Assembly (NCBI GenBank): GCA_040285855.1 | Contig: JAUFOQ010000016.1 | Coordinates: 992,001 to 1,056,000 of the forward strand | DNA from: Eukaryota sp. GEM-RC1 | Taxonomy: Eukaryota | Length of the DNA: 64,000 nucleotides | Direction: 5' to 3' | Part shown: piece by piece, positions 1 to 12,131 of the stretch | Position numbering within the stretch: position 1 is the stretch's first letter | How the letters are laid out: every line of letters begins with the position of its first letter | Notes under the pieces: generated by a model | The model's input: only the letters and a program-made list of their open reading frames with translations | Database searches by the model: none | Told to the model about the DNA's origin: nothing | Made by a program: the position numbers and the translations under genes

Positions 1-3000
1 TTCTAAAGTTTTGGTTTAATTCATGAAGTTTCAGTCCCAACTGGAGATCTTCTCCATGGAAGGTGCAATTATGTCTAGAAAGAACAGATAAAAAGGTGGC
101 ACGTTCCCAAAGAGAAAGAGCTCCATGGGGACAAACGCAACTAGCAACTGATGATTGAAAGAGTTTGAATAATCCAGCCAGCTTATACTCTAAGTCCTGC
201 ATATGAGTCAAAAGATTACGTTTTCCGGCAGAATCCGAAAGATTCTCAGCTCTAATCGTAAAGGCTAAACACTTAGTCAAACCATCATCAAATTCTTCAA
301 AAGGAATAACCAAATCCTGGGGTAAAAGCACGTCATCATCAGTAGTTAACACGTATTTACTAGTAATGAAGTATTGACAGGTATACCAGGTACTCAAAGT
401 CTTGTTCCCCACTGGAATCCAATGGTAGTTAATAGAAGGATTTAGTTTGAAAACTACTTGTTTTGTGTTATCTAAAGGTGACTTACTGTTACCATTGTCA
501 CAAATGTGGATGTTCTGTGGGGGGAAGATTTTAAGGGCGGCTTTTAGAGTGGTTTCAATGATGTCAGCGGATTTGTGAGTAGTGATTAGAAGAGCGCAAT
601 CAACGATTTGTTCTTGCCGTTTTATTCGGGAAAGTTTCCGTTGTTCAGCTGAATCAGCTGGTAACGAAGGCCATCGGACAAGGTAAAGAGCCAAAAGAGG
701 AGTAGAAACTCAACAATCCACAGTAAAAAGTATGTCCACGATGTACTTTTGTTCCAAAACACCAATATATCAGAAATTGGCGGTGCATAGAAAACAAAAA
801 ACAATACAATTACCACATAGAGAGTGTAGAAGCCAGATACAGACAGCCACTTTTCTATTCTAGCGGACCTTTCTTTTAAATGAATTAGATCAGTATTCAT
901 AATAGAAACTAACGAATGAGTTGAACCTAGTACTAGAGAGAAGTCGTGCTTCTCATTCTCAATAAAAGAGATCAAATCACGTGAACTTCTGAGCTGTTTT
1001 GAGAAGGCTTGTCGTAGAAGTCTCCAGACTTCAAAGAACTTTGGATGGCCAGAAGGAAAACAAGCAGCCATAGAAGTCAATTGAAGTCTGTAGACTTTGA
1101 TAGCATCTGAGAACTTGGCATTGGCGGAGAGAAGCTTTGCGACTGTGGTACAGACAGCAAAGAAATGAGGATTTTGTTTAAGAATTCTACGTAACTTATC
1201 TGAATCAACATCATTAGAAAGAGGCGAGCAAATGAAATCATCAATTTTTGGGAATTCGTGTTGAATTTGTTTGACAATTGATTGATATTCTGACGAAGCA
1301 AAGGAGTATACATGTGTTGAAGTAGGTGGAAGTGGAACTTTTTGGGTTTCCACTTCTTCTGAGCGTATTTTGACGATATTGTCAAAGAGATTTTCAGCTA
1401 GTTTGTCATGTAGGGAGAGTATTGGTGGTCGTCTTCTAAGAGCTTCTTCTAGAGCGGCAGCTGCATCAAAATATTTAAAATTTTTAAGGCAACCGTCAGA
1501 GATGAGTCGCTGATTTTTGACAAAGAAATGCCAATCAGAGAGAAAGTTGGGATCAACTGGCTCACTAAACTGCGAATGTAAAATCATCGAATTATCCATT
1601 ACAGTTTTGACCTCAAAAGTGGCACCTTCCTTCATGAAGAGCTCAGAATACTCGCGATTGATCCCCAATATTCTATTAATAGAAGCTGGAGTCACAGTAC
1701 TAGAAACTTCCTCGTTATACCTTAACTGATAGAGATAACGAATATGAGATGTATTATCCTCCCGAACTGAATTAATAGCTTGTTTAACTGACTGGAAAAA
1801 AGAAGACTCTGGGGGAATACCTTCATCTTCTAACCGTGAGGCATGAGAAGAGAGAAAGGAAAAGAAGTTCGTAGGGATTTTCAGAGCTCTTTGAAATTGT
1901 GAATAAAAGTCTCCATGATTCTGTTAGCACTGAATTGTCAGTTAATCCAGCACTCACCATTAAATCAATGGACTCTATTAAAATTCCTTTTGCGTGGGAA
2001 ATAAACTGTTCATTATAGTAGTGCCAGGCTAAGAAAGCAAAACAATGAAACACCAGTGGATAACTAAAAAGATCAGCTGATTTAGAAGCAGTAGAGCTAT
2101 CATTCTTAGTAATCTCATAAGCAACTCCGGTATGTAAATCAGCAGTACTTCTAGAAACTCGGAGTAAAGCAATTGAACCTTCAGAGAGACTCGAGTCAGA
2201 GTCTAACTCGTTTGAACTGGAATCTTCGAGATTGAACTGGGCTGTATCTATTTGACCATCCATTAATTCCTGTCTGAATTCAGCAGTGACGTCTTCAGCG
2301 AAAAGAGCAACCATTTCAGTAGGATAACGTGATATTTCTGACCAGAGTGACGCCACGTCTTCAGAAAGAGGGTGGACACATGGAGGTCTTAAAGAATACG
2401 TGTGACTCAAGACTTGGAAGGACTTTTGGAGTCTTGACCACTGTAAGGCCGAAGGATTACAATGGAGAAGGGAATCAGACAGGAGAACGGTGATTCTGAC
2501 AAGACGGGACCATGAAAGACAAGAAAGTTGATGGAAAATTGAAAGGGGAGGGTCGGAGTAAGCGAGAAGAAGCTTTTTTGGAGGGAAAAGTTTCAAATGT
2601 TTAACAATATTTTGAATATTTGTGTCAACTGAGTCGTAGAAATGAACCAGGGCTATTGACACGTTGACAGACTCACTTAAAACAGTTCTAGCCTCATTTA
2701 ATAGCTGTAATAGAGGAAGACACTTTTTTAAATTTTTATATTTAATTTTTTAGATTTCAAACCCAATTTTGACCGATGAGAAATAATTGAAGGCATTAGA
2801 GATGAAGTATACTTCATGTTGTAATTAACAACATCAAGAAGAAGTTCAAATATTTTAATTATTTGAGTTTCATCTGTTAGAGAATGATTGTTACTCGACA
2901 AATCACCCAAAATCGTCAAAAATTTAGAATAATTCGATGAATATGATTCAGACAACTTTACATTTGGCTCAAAAGTCTCACACACCTTACAAACATGAAC

Positions 3001-5575
3001 AGAAAGTAAATGACGATGGTGCACAGTTTTTAAATGACGAAGTTCTGAAATTATATTTGAGGAAAACGTAACTAAATCTGGATAATCAGCAAAATCTGAA
3101 AAAACATCGAAATAATTAAAATCTTTAATTGAATAGTACTGGGACTGAGAGAAATGGGTATAGAACCAGGTGAGACCACTTGAAGCCATTGAAGAGACGT
3201 TAAACGAAGCAAAACGAGAGGATTTTACATGGGCTGTAAATCTATTAGAATTTTGAAAATTGTTAGAAGTTGTCGAAAAAAGTCCAGTTAAAAAGTTTAG
3301 AGTGTCATGAACAGAATGAAAAACTGAGAAGATCCAGGTAAACAAACAGAACGAATCAAAAAGAGAATGCCCAACAATTCCAAATCTTAAACAATAGAAG
3401 AGACCAGAAATAGAAAAATAGATTCCGTCTGCAAGTTGTCCTTTTTGTAGCATGTATATGGCCAATCTATAACAAACAGATGATAGAAAAGGAGATGGGT
3501 TGGCATCAACAAGAGAAGAGTAGAAGGTAAGAAGTAAAGAGAAAGTCGATGGGGTGAGACTTTCCTTGACCATGACGTGGTCTTTGAGAATCTGCTGAAA
3601 ATCTATTGACTTTGAGGAGTTTTCCTCCAGGCCAAACTCTGATAGAACTGCTGAGTCAGATAGTTCTGCATAGATCTTGTTTACTGAAAAGGAAAATGAA
3701 ACAGGAAGTGAAAAAGTTGTAATGACGAAATTCCAATAGAATTTTAAACATTCTTTGACAGAAGACATAACTTGTTCTTGAAGATCAGAGTACAAAAGTG
3801 AGAGATCAACAATAGATCATTAAGAACAAAATTAAAAGCTTCACAAAGGGAATGTCCAATTTCCAATAGATTTTTAGAAACGAGACAACAATACTGGCAT
3901 TTAAGAAGTAATAGTTTTGGCATATTTTTTAATTTTGGTATAGTTGAAGGTAATAACGACACAAACAACGATTCAATTTTTGAAATAAGTGCAGATTTTA
4001 CAGCAGTTTGAGAAGTGTCGTCAGCGTGATTGATCTGATCAGTTGGAATAGAGCTCAGCAGCTGATCACCAAAGCCATCCCAAGCTAAATAGAGCTGTTT
4101 AAAGAGATCTTTTGACCATTGCTCAGGTGATGACGTCAGCAAATCAAGGAAGGGATCAGAATACACGTAACCAGCTGGAGGACACAATGAGTGTGGCTCG
4201 TCATCAGGATGAGAAACATCAAGACTGGTCAACAGAAGTCTAGTAAAAACGTAACTTTCAAACAACAAAATCTGATAAAACTCTAATTCACCACAACTTA
4301 AAAACTTCTTTGCAAACCTTAAATTAACCTTAGTCGCAGTATTAACTCTAGCCAAATACAACCACCCCATTGGCAGAAGACTCTTCAGCTCTTCAGGATC
4401 ATTATTAAATACTTGACAGTCACTTGTAGGGGTGAGAACGTCAGAAACTGAGAGAGAGAAAGCTCCATTAAAAGCAGCATCGTACTGGCTTTTAACCTCA
4501 AGTCTTTTCAGCTCTAAATCAAGAAAGTTTTGATCATTTTGAGTAGTAAGACCTCCTTTAGATTTAGAATTTAAAAGCTTTTTTAAAGGATTAACTGGAT
4601 TCTTAGAATTTTTCATTGAGGGTGAAAAAGGCCAGTTTCATCAAAAAAAGAAACCCAGCTGGTATTTGTTACAGCAGAATTTCCTTCATTTATTTTGAGA
4701 CTAGTGGCTGCTGATGATGTGGCAGCATGACGTGTCACACGTGGAGTTATGACCTGTTCATATATCTGCTCAAGAAAAGTTAAATTCCGGTCAGATACAT
4801 TAGAAACATTCAGCTTTGACAATAGTAATCTATTAGAGCTCATTCTATCATAAAGTCCCGAGAATTCCAGAGAGCAAGAACTACTTAAAGTTCCCGCTTT
4901 TGGCATTTTAGCTAAGTCTCTCATTCGAGTTAATTCTGAATCAACAGCACGTACATAGTTGACCTCCATATCAGGGGTTTCTCCTTTCCTAAGAGCAGAT
5001 CTTGCCTGCACAAAGTTGTAGACGGAGTTCCAACCATCAGAGCGTTGAGGAGAAGGCGATGGGGATTGTTTAGGTTGTGGAGTAGTGGAACGATGATGAG
5101 CAACGGCTCTCATTACTGCTGCTTTAAATCTGTCTTTTGGAGAAGAATATGATGAGAGAGAGTTGGTAGGAGAGATAGCTGATCTATTAAGAAGAGAGGA
5201 TGGGGTAGAGAAAGCAGGAGAATCCAATACAGCAGGAGTGGTCTGAGAGAAGTCTGCTACAGAATCAGTATCTGAGCCACCAGAAAAGCTGTCTGATCTG
5301 ATAGTGTTAGAAGGTTTTAGCTTCACATGACGATGGCTTTCTGTAAGAAGAGTTGGTGAAGCAAGAACGCTGAGATGTTTTAATGGAGAAGCTGAGCGGG
5401 ATATTGATTGAAAACGATCAAAATGCTGACGGAGCACAGAACGTATCAATGGAGAGTCAGTCATGGGAGTAGAACTGTTGGATAACAATGGGGAGAGATA
5501 TCTATCAGGGTCTCCTGGTGAGTTTACAGGAGAGTCATCACAACGGCTATCTGTATCAAGGAGATGAGTCGGCAT
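1..5575 (-). CDS. Putative single giant protein (>1850 aa, runs off the left edge): Ser/Pro-rich N-terminus, helical/TPR-like middle, 2 TM helices, then a GT2 glycosyltransferase domain; split by about 5 single-base frame breaks
   Basis: ORFs 4613-5575, 3744-4616, 2728-3795, 1823-2662 and 622-1695 each join the next by a 1-nt indel (e.g. A6 run ~2750, T-run ~4627). The unlisted open frame at 1-~690 reads CALLITTHKS...HICDNGNS...YVLTTDDDVLLP...QDLEYKLAG...PHGALSLW...FHGEDLQLG, which carries GT-A/GT2 DxD and GED motifs. Confidence 0.65.
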
Positions 5576-5620
5576 TGATCATATGACAAGAAAAGAGCTC
5601 TGCTGAATTTGTCCTTTGAT

Positions 5621-7229
5621 CAGTGATCGTCAAACCGTAATATGAAAATAGCGTATTTACGGCAATTTCGTAAATATGGTACGGTACCAACTATTGGTTT
5701 CCGTAAAATAGAGTTATATGTACCCGTAAAATACGGAAATAATTTATGGTACAGTAAATCATTTCCATAAAATATGTAATTTTCCGTAAACTTTTGATTT
5801 CTTCAAACAATGCCAAGACGATGCGTATCAAAAACTTCTTCACGAAGTTGGAAGACCCGCTAAATCCTCTCAGGTACCACAATGTAATCTCTTCTGACTA
5901 TAACAAGCATAGTTGCAAAAAATACATTGTACAGTATTTTTTTGTATTATGTATTTTTTCTGTATTATGTATTGTATTTTTTTCTGGAAAAGTGTATTTG
6001 TATTTGTATTTTTTGTATTTTTTTATCAGCCCGAATATCCCTTTAATTGTTGAAAATGACTGAAGTAAATGAGAGAAACACTCGACAGCGGATCTTGCTG
6101 ATCAATTATACTATTGTTTGGTACAATTGGGCCATGTGTATTTTTACAACTTGCAGAAATACTACAGTAGTACAATTGTCTGCTGAATTCTCTAAACGTT
6201 CCATTACAGTACGGCAACGGCGTATGGTAGATGTCTAAAAAGTGAAACACCGATTAAAGTCAAGTAACAAAAATTTAGAAACACTTAATAAAGTCAGTGT
6301 TGAAGATTCAAAATTCTGATGTGATGAGCTACACGACACTCAGTTGGATCCTCTTTTGAAGATGTACGTGTAGTCTTTGGAGACTATGATTTCGAGTTTA
6401 AACTTTTTTACCTACAAGCGGTATATTAACACGATTTACAACTAATCTATCACACAAAAAGTGTCCAAAGTCACATTGTTTAACTGTATAACTCCACGTC
6501 AGTTCTTTCCGTGGACCAAATGAACATTTGAACCCTCAGTGCATTTTAGAATCGAAAGAACAATTGGGTTGATAAATACAAAGAAGTCTAAGAATGGGTA
6601 ACGAAGAGGTGAACCATGATGACCCTGAAGATTAAACACGTTTGCACTCGTTGGACTAAATACACTTAGTTTATTACTTGCAATTACAAGAAAAAGAAAT
6701 ACACTTAATACAGTATTCTGTATTGTATTTGTATTCTGTATCTGTATTGTATTTTTGTATTCTATATTGTATTATTATTTTGTCCGTGTATTCTGCCACT
6801 ATGATGACAAGTGCAAGTTCTGTCAACCGGTTTTTTCACTTGGATTAAGAAGGGTAAGGGATACACCGATCATCTGTATCATGCCAAAACTGATCATTTT
6901 CATGACTATCAAAGAATTGAAACTTCAGAACATCAAAAAAACAGTTGTTAAACATGATGAGCCAATTCTTGCCAAAACGAAAATAAGAGACTTGTAATGT
7001 TAGAAATGAATATGAATTTTACTATGGTTTTCACTCCAAACAAACGAACAGTTTGATAACAATTCTTGTTGTAGACACGTGGAAATCCAAAAGTATATTT
7101 GCGGTGAAATACTGTTCCGTATTGCAATTATTTGCGGAAAGTAATATTGTTACCGTAGAGTACGGAAATTAATTACGGAGTTGTCTGCAAAGTTACCGTA
7201 TTTACGGTTTTATACTTTGACGATCATTG
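5621..7229. mobile_element. Non-autonomous hAT-like element (older copy)
   Basis: TIR CAGTGATCGTCAAA / TTTGACGATCATTG (1 mismatch). Subterminal TACGG/CCGTA repeats are shared with the element at 54983. TSD is degenerate (cctttgat/ctgttgac). Confidence 0.75.
5908..6803. mobile_element. hAT-type MITE nested inside the 5621-7229 element
   Basis: Imperfect TIR CATAGTTGCAAAAAATAC / GTATTCTGCCACTATG; 8-bp TSD ataacaag/atgacaag; TGTATT subterminal repeats at both ends. Confidence 0.75.
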
Positions 7230-7870
7230 CTGTTGACTTAGCGGGCAGAAAATTCTTACAGTGATCCACATGTTTTTGGAAGTAATCCACGTGATGTTAC
7301 ACATGTTCATCGAGTCACTGGTTCTTATTGAATTAACCCAATAACTGTAAATATTTCAAATTCAATATATTTAAACACTCAAGATGTTGATTCACCAAAA
7401 AGCCACACGAACCAGGTTTGATAAAACAAATTACCAGATAAATGTGACTCTTAAATCTCGTTTGTTTGATTCACCAGTTCAATTTGGTCATTAATGAGAT
7501 GGTACCATTGATTGTAGGTGTATATTAAAGATTGATACGGTTTACACTAAAATTATTTGTAAATATTGGATGAAACTATACAGGATGGATTGTTAGTGAG
7601 ATTTATAGAAGTTATATCAATAAATAATAAAATAATAAATGATTCTAAGTACATTAGATCTAGAATATCTAACACAGAGCACTGTGGTTCTGGATTGAAG
7701 ACCAGAATCAATTAAAAACCCATTTAAAGTCACTCTACCCATGGTTTGAGGTACTAATTGGCCTAAAATTGAAATTGGTAAATGATAGTCGTTCAATAAC
7801 CCACTATAACACTTTGCTAGTGATGCTTCTCAAGCAAAACACACAGAAACAAAACTTCAACAATAAATAA

Positions 7871-8795
7871 CTAATCATTTTGTTCTTCCTGTAATCGCAT
7901 ATCCTCCAAATCCCCTTCTCCTACCCAGCCAACGTTTCCTTTCCCCCACTGCTCTATATAAAGACACGATCCAGGAGAGATTTCTCCAACAGGAAGACAC
8001 TTATACCTGACAGGACATCGACTACATGGAACACAAGAGATAAAGTCAATGGGAGGAACAACAGGGAGGACTGTAAAATAGGAAACATACTTGCCAGTCG
8101 GATCCAATCGTTTAGTTTCCGAAAGTAATTGATCTAATACACAGGCGTGTGCCATTGTTTCAACCAAGTCTTCGGGTAAGTCAACGTTCTTAGTTAAACC
8201 TCGTTGTCTAATTTCATTGTGAATCTCTTTCACAGAAGCACCCTTACACCCTTCTTTTCACGATAGTTGTAATGATTTTAAGTAAATTATCCACAAAGTT
8301 ATAATCAAAGTTCTGGTTGTCATCATAAAGAGGACCTCCTGTATGTTGGACAGAAGGTTCTAGTTCAAATAACATAAACACTTTCTTTGACTTTGATAGA
8401 ACAGACTTTACTGACTTAATGAGTTTCCTGTTCTGTAGAATCTTTAGAAGTTTGGTTAACTGTGGCAATTGAAAGCCTGTTGCACTTCTCAAGTCTCGCG
8501 TCCAGATTCCCATGTTACCAGACCTTGAAATATGAGTGTAAACGAGCTTCTCGTCATCTGTGAGGCTTCTAAGTTTCTCAGCTTCTTCGTGAGATCTTCT
8601 TGAGACAACAAGTTCTCCATTATCTTGGAAGAGATCCACAAGACAGCGTTTGTTAAGAACATTTATGGTTCCCACAATGGCAGAAGGTTCTACGTCATCA
8701 AGAAGATTTTGAATTTCAGAGACTGGAAGAGGAGCATTGCTCTTATCAAGAAGATCAAATATACGTGTATCTAAGGAAGATTGCTTTCGGGACAT
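7871..8795 (-). CDS. POLR3F: RNA polymerase III subunit RPC6 (C34); one +1 frame break near 8257
   Basis: SGNMGIWTRDLR, LIKSVKSV..KKVFML and C-terminal Fe-S motif PCSRCPV..C...ISPGSC.YI..W; two ORFs joined at gtgaaaagaagg. Confidence 0.92.
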
Positions 8796-8954
8796 TAAGA
8801 CTGTAAGATATTGGAGAAGAATGTCCAAATTCTGAGAAGGAAACCCTTTTGGTGAAACAAACTGGAATGTTGTTTTCTCACCTTATTTCTACTCCATCAC
8901 ATAGTAGAAGATCTCCCTAGTATTTATTCACCAGACGTTGAGCTATCTTAGAAT

Positions 8955-10165
8955 ATGCTGGATTCCAACGAACCTTACTTCCCCGATTCTGATGCAACCA
9001 CATCAGATAATGTGTTCTTGGCTCTGTCAGCTGCATCTGTGTCTGTAAACCATATTCAGATTAAGTTCTTTCAATTACTAGTATTTTCCTTTTGTTTTAT
9101 AGTTTACTTTCTTCTTCCACAACTCGCTTCATATGTCATTGAATTATCTTCAGCCGAGATATCTGAACTTTCAGTCTCTACCGTCTTCCCAATGACAAAT
9201 TCCCCATTCAATTCTTTTCACTTCCCTGGTCAGAGAGTCTACCATTCAAAATTGAGCTCACTACCTCTTCCACGCTCTTCTGATTCCGAGTCTCCATCTG
9301 CCATTGATGTTAGCATCATTTCCTCTAAATTCAACACTTCTTTTCCTCAAACTCTTGTTCTTTTTCTCGACCATTCTGCTTTAGCATCTTGTATTAAGAA
9401 TTTCTCTCCATATCATCATTTGATCATCCCTAAACTTCCCACAAACCTATCTCTCTTACAATTATACCGTATTATCCACTCTATTTCTCTTGAACTTTCA
9501 TCCGAGTCTTCTTTTTACTTGGAGAACAACCTTCCCTCCCGTGTAACTTTCGTTTCAGGAGGTCTCATGGCCAATCTCATCTGTTGTTCGTTTGCCCAAA
9601 CCCCTACTTCTCAACGATCGAACAACATTCTCTCTGGACTTGTACTGATTGATCCTTGGCTAGAAGCAACTTCACACGTTCCTCCTCCTTTTAGCCACCT
9701 TCCACCTAAAGTTTTGACTAATTGTTTATCTTTCCTCACTGGGAGTCCTCAGTTTATACTTCCTCATGACGCTTTATTAAATTCTTCAACAATACCCAAG
9801 GCAAGGCTGTGTTTGTTTCCAAGAACTTTAATTGCGTCGTTGAGAGAAAAATCGTGATCTGGAACAAACAGTGACTAGACTTCAACGTCATGTTCGAGAG
9901 TTGATCTATCTTCCACAGTGTAGTTATTCTGATTTAATTAAACATGAGTTCTTTAATGGATGAATCAAATGAATTCATTAAGGCGACTTCAGACAAACAA
10001 AGTTGGCGTGCTTCACCATACATGTCTTCATTGTCATGTGTACCATACGTAATAGTGTTGGTCAGATTTCTATTGATTCCGTGTTGTTTGTCAAACACTG
10101 GAACTGTTAGTGTTGTATATCGTATGTACTCGCAAATCTTTCGTATTACACCAATATCAAGCTAG
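8955..10165 (+). CDS. Hypothetical protein, possibly a degenerate alpha/beta-hydrolase fold with N-terminal TM; 3' part broken by frame shifts
   Basis: 300-aa ORF with a hydrophobic segment and GLVLIDPW; the frame continues after removing one A at gaaaaatcg (~9848). The true 3' end is uncertain. Confidence 0.45.
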
Positions 10166-10514
10166 TGCATCACTACCCACTCTGTTAAATGTACAATATG
10201 TTTTTGGTTTGTCTGACTTTTGTTTTAGTTTAGTTTAATAAATGAACATTGAGTCCAAATTCGTTAATGGTCCACTTTCCTGTGAATTTAATCGAGTAGC
10301 AAGCTTTTTGTCAGCGGCTGAAGTTTTTCGAATTTGCGCATTTATGGTTGAGATTGATCTAACTGAAAAAGGATTTGTCTTTGTTTGAACTAACTTAGAT
10401 AGATCATTAACTTTGATTCCTCACACATACGGCGACTGTATAGTATCAATTGAGTTCACAAGCAATTGCAATCGCTTGTTTACAAAACTGAATTTCATCA
10501 ACTTCAATTTCATT

Positions 10515-11842
10515 ATGCTTTCAGCCGTCTTTATATTGAATGCAACTGACGGGTTTGCCTATTTTGTGTGCATCTTATAGCAGCTCTCTTATTGTTCTAA
10601 AACAATGTCTCCATGAAGTCTCTAAATCTCTATGTAATCACTTCTGGCAATATGTTAAAGACCTCCCTGCAGGTGAAGCTGAACCTGTTTTCACTGCCGG
10701 ATCCTATCGTCTGATCCATATTCTTCACGAATCTGTTTATTGGGTTGCTGCTTTCAAATCTGACGTCTTCGCTCTGCCCATCTGCCAATTCCTTCACTTT
10801 CTTCAAAAGTCTGTTTGTAACTACATCAAGGGTGCTACTGCCGAACACATTTCATCTCGTTTTGACGAGGTCTACCTTGTTCTAGACCATCTCATCGACG
10901 CTGGAATGTACAGTCTACTAGAACCACATACTCTTCCCAAACTTCTGGGCTCTTCCAGTTCCTCCTCCAAGGAGCAATCCTCTGGGGGCTTCTCCTCCAC
11001 TTCTTCCATCACTGATGCTCCTCTACGTGTTCTCTGGAGGGACGACAACATAAAGTACTCATCAAATGAAATCTTTTTGGACTTTATTGAAGAGGTTAAT
11101 TGTCTCTTAGATTATAATGGTGTCACTCTCTCTTCGTCAATCGCTGGTAAAGTTGTATGTCGCAGTTTGTTATCAGGGAACCCTGAGCTGAGTCTACACC
11201 TTAAAAACCCACGTGTCATGGATCAAGCTTTCCTTCATCGATGTGTTCGACTTAAGAAGTGGATGAAGGATCGCATTATCTCCTTCATTCCCCCCTGATG
11301 GTGCTTTCCTATTAATGGAATACATTGTAGACAACTGCCCGCCTCCCCCAGTAATGGCCAAGGTGTCGTTCACTGTAGCTAATGTAACTGATGAGTCTAC
11401 TGAAGTTGACGTTTCAATCATGATTACTCCCAAGAGTTTACCTGATGAGAAGGTGTTTGATTTGCTGTCCTGCAGTTTTCCTCTTCAGTCTAATATTATG
11501 TCAGTGTCTTTGAATGCTACTGTAGGAGCCTGGAGTAAGAAGACGGCTGAAGGGACAGGGGAAAGTTGTTTATGGAAAATAGGGAAGATTCCACTGAATA
11601 AGTCTCCCGTGTTGAGTGGAACTATTGTTTATTCTAATAGTGTTGATGACGTGAAGGAAGAATACGGTCCTGGAAGTGACTTCCACACCCCAGTGTCGAT
11701 TCAGTTCTCCATACCTTCGTATTCTCTCTCTGGGCTTGCTGTAGATCATTTGCATGTTGGAGGTGAGATTTACAAGGCTTTTAAAGGTGTTAAGCATGAG
11801 ACTTTAGCTGGTGAGTATTGGGTAAGAAGTAAAAGAACTTAA
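10515..11842 (+). CDS. AP3M: Adaptor complex AP-3 mu subunit; +1 breaks near 10552 and 11292
   Basis: MLSAVFILN start, WR..IKYSSNEIFLDFIEEV, LSGNPEL, FLHRCVRL..W...IISFIPP-DG, SGLAVD.L...YKAFKGVK. Confidence 0.9.
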
Positions 11843-12131
11843 TTTGTGTATTTATTATTTTATTGAAAAGGCTTTGTTATAAAATACTTGTTCCAAGAGC
11901 TTTTTAGATTAGTAGACAATCTAGTCCACGAGATCTTCTTTGTTTGGCTGGTGTACACTTTTGCAGGCATTCGTCTCATATGTCCGATGTACGTACAAAC
12001 GAATTATGACCAAATATGATTTACTGAAAGCAGCTTTCTTCCATCAGAATTTATGAGAATGAGAAATCACTTCAGTTTGTAAGATCACGTCATTTTGGAA
12101 CCCATATACCTTCCATCACCCCTCATTTACC

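Noticed and set aside
5691..6997. Short ORFs inside the MITEs, plus antisense shadow ORFs throughout the window
   Set aside because: They lie in repeat-rich elements or opposite well-supported genes and show no recognisable motifs.
11290..11300. CCC-TGA as a programmed +1 frameshift site in AP-3 mu
   Set aside because: One extra C in a homopolymer explains it equally well; other breaks share no motif and occur in both directions.
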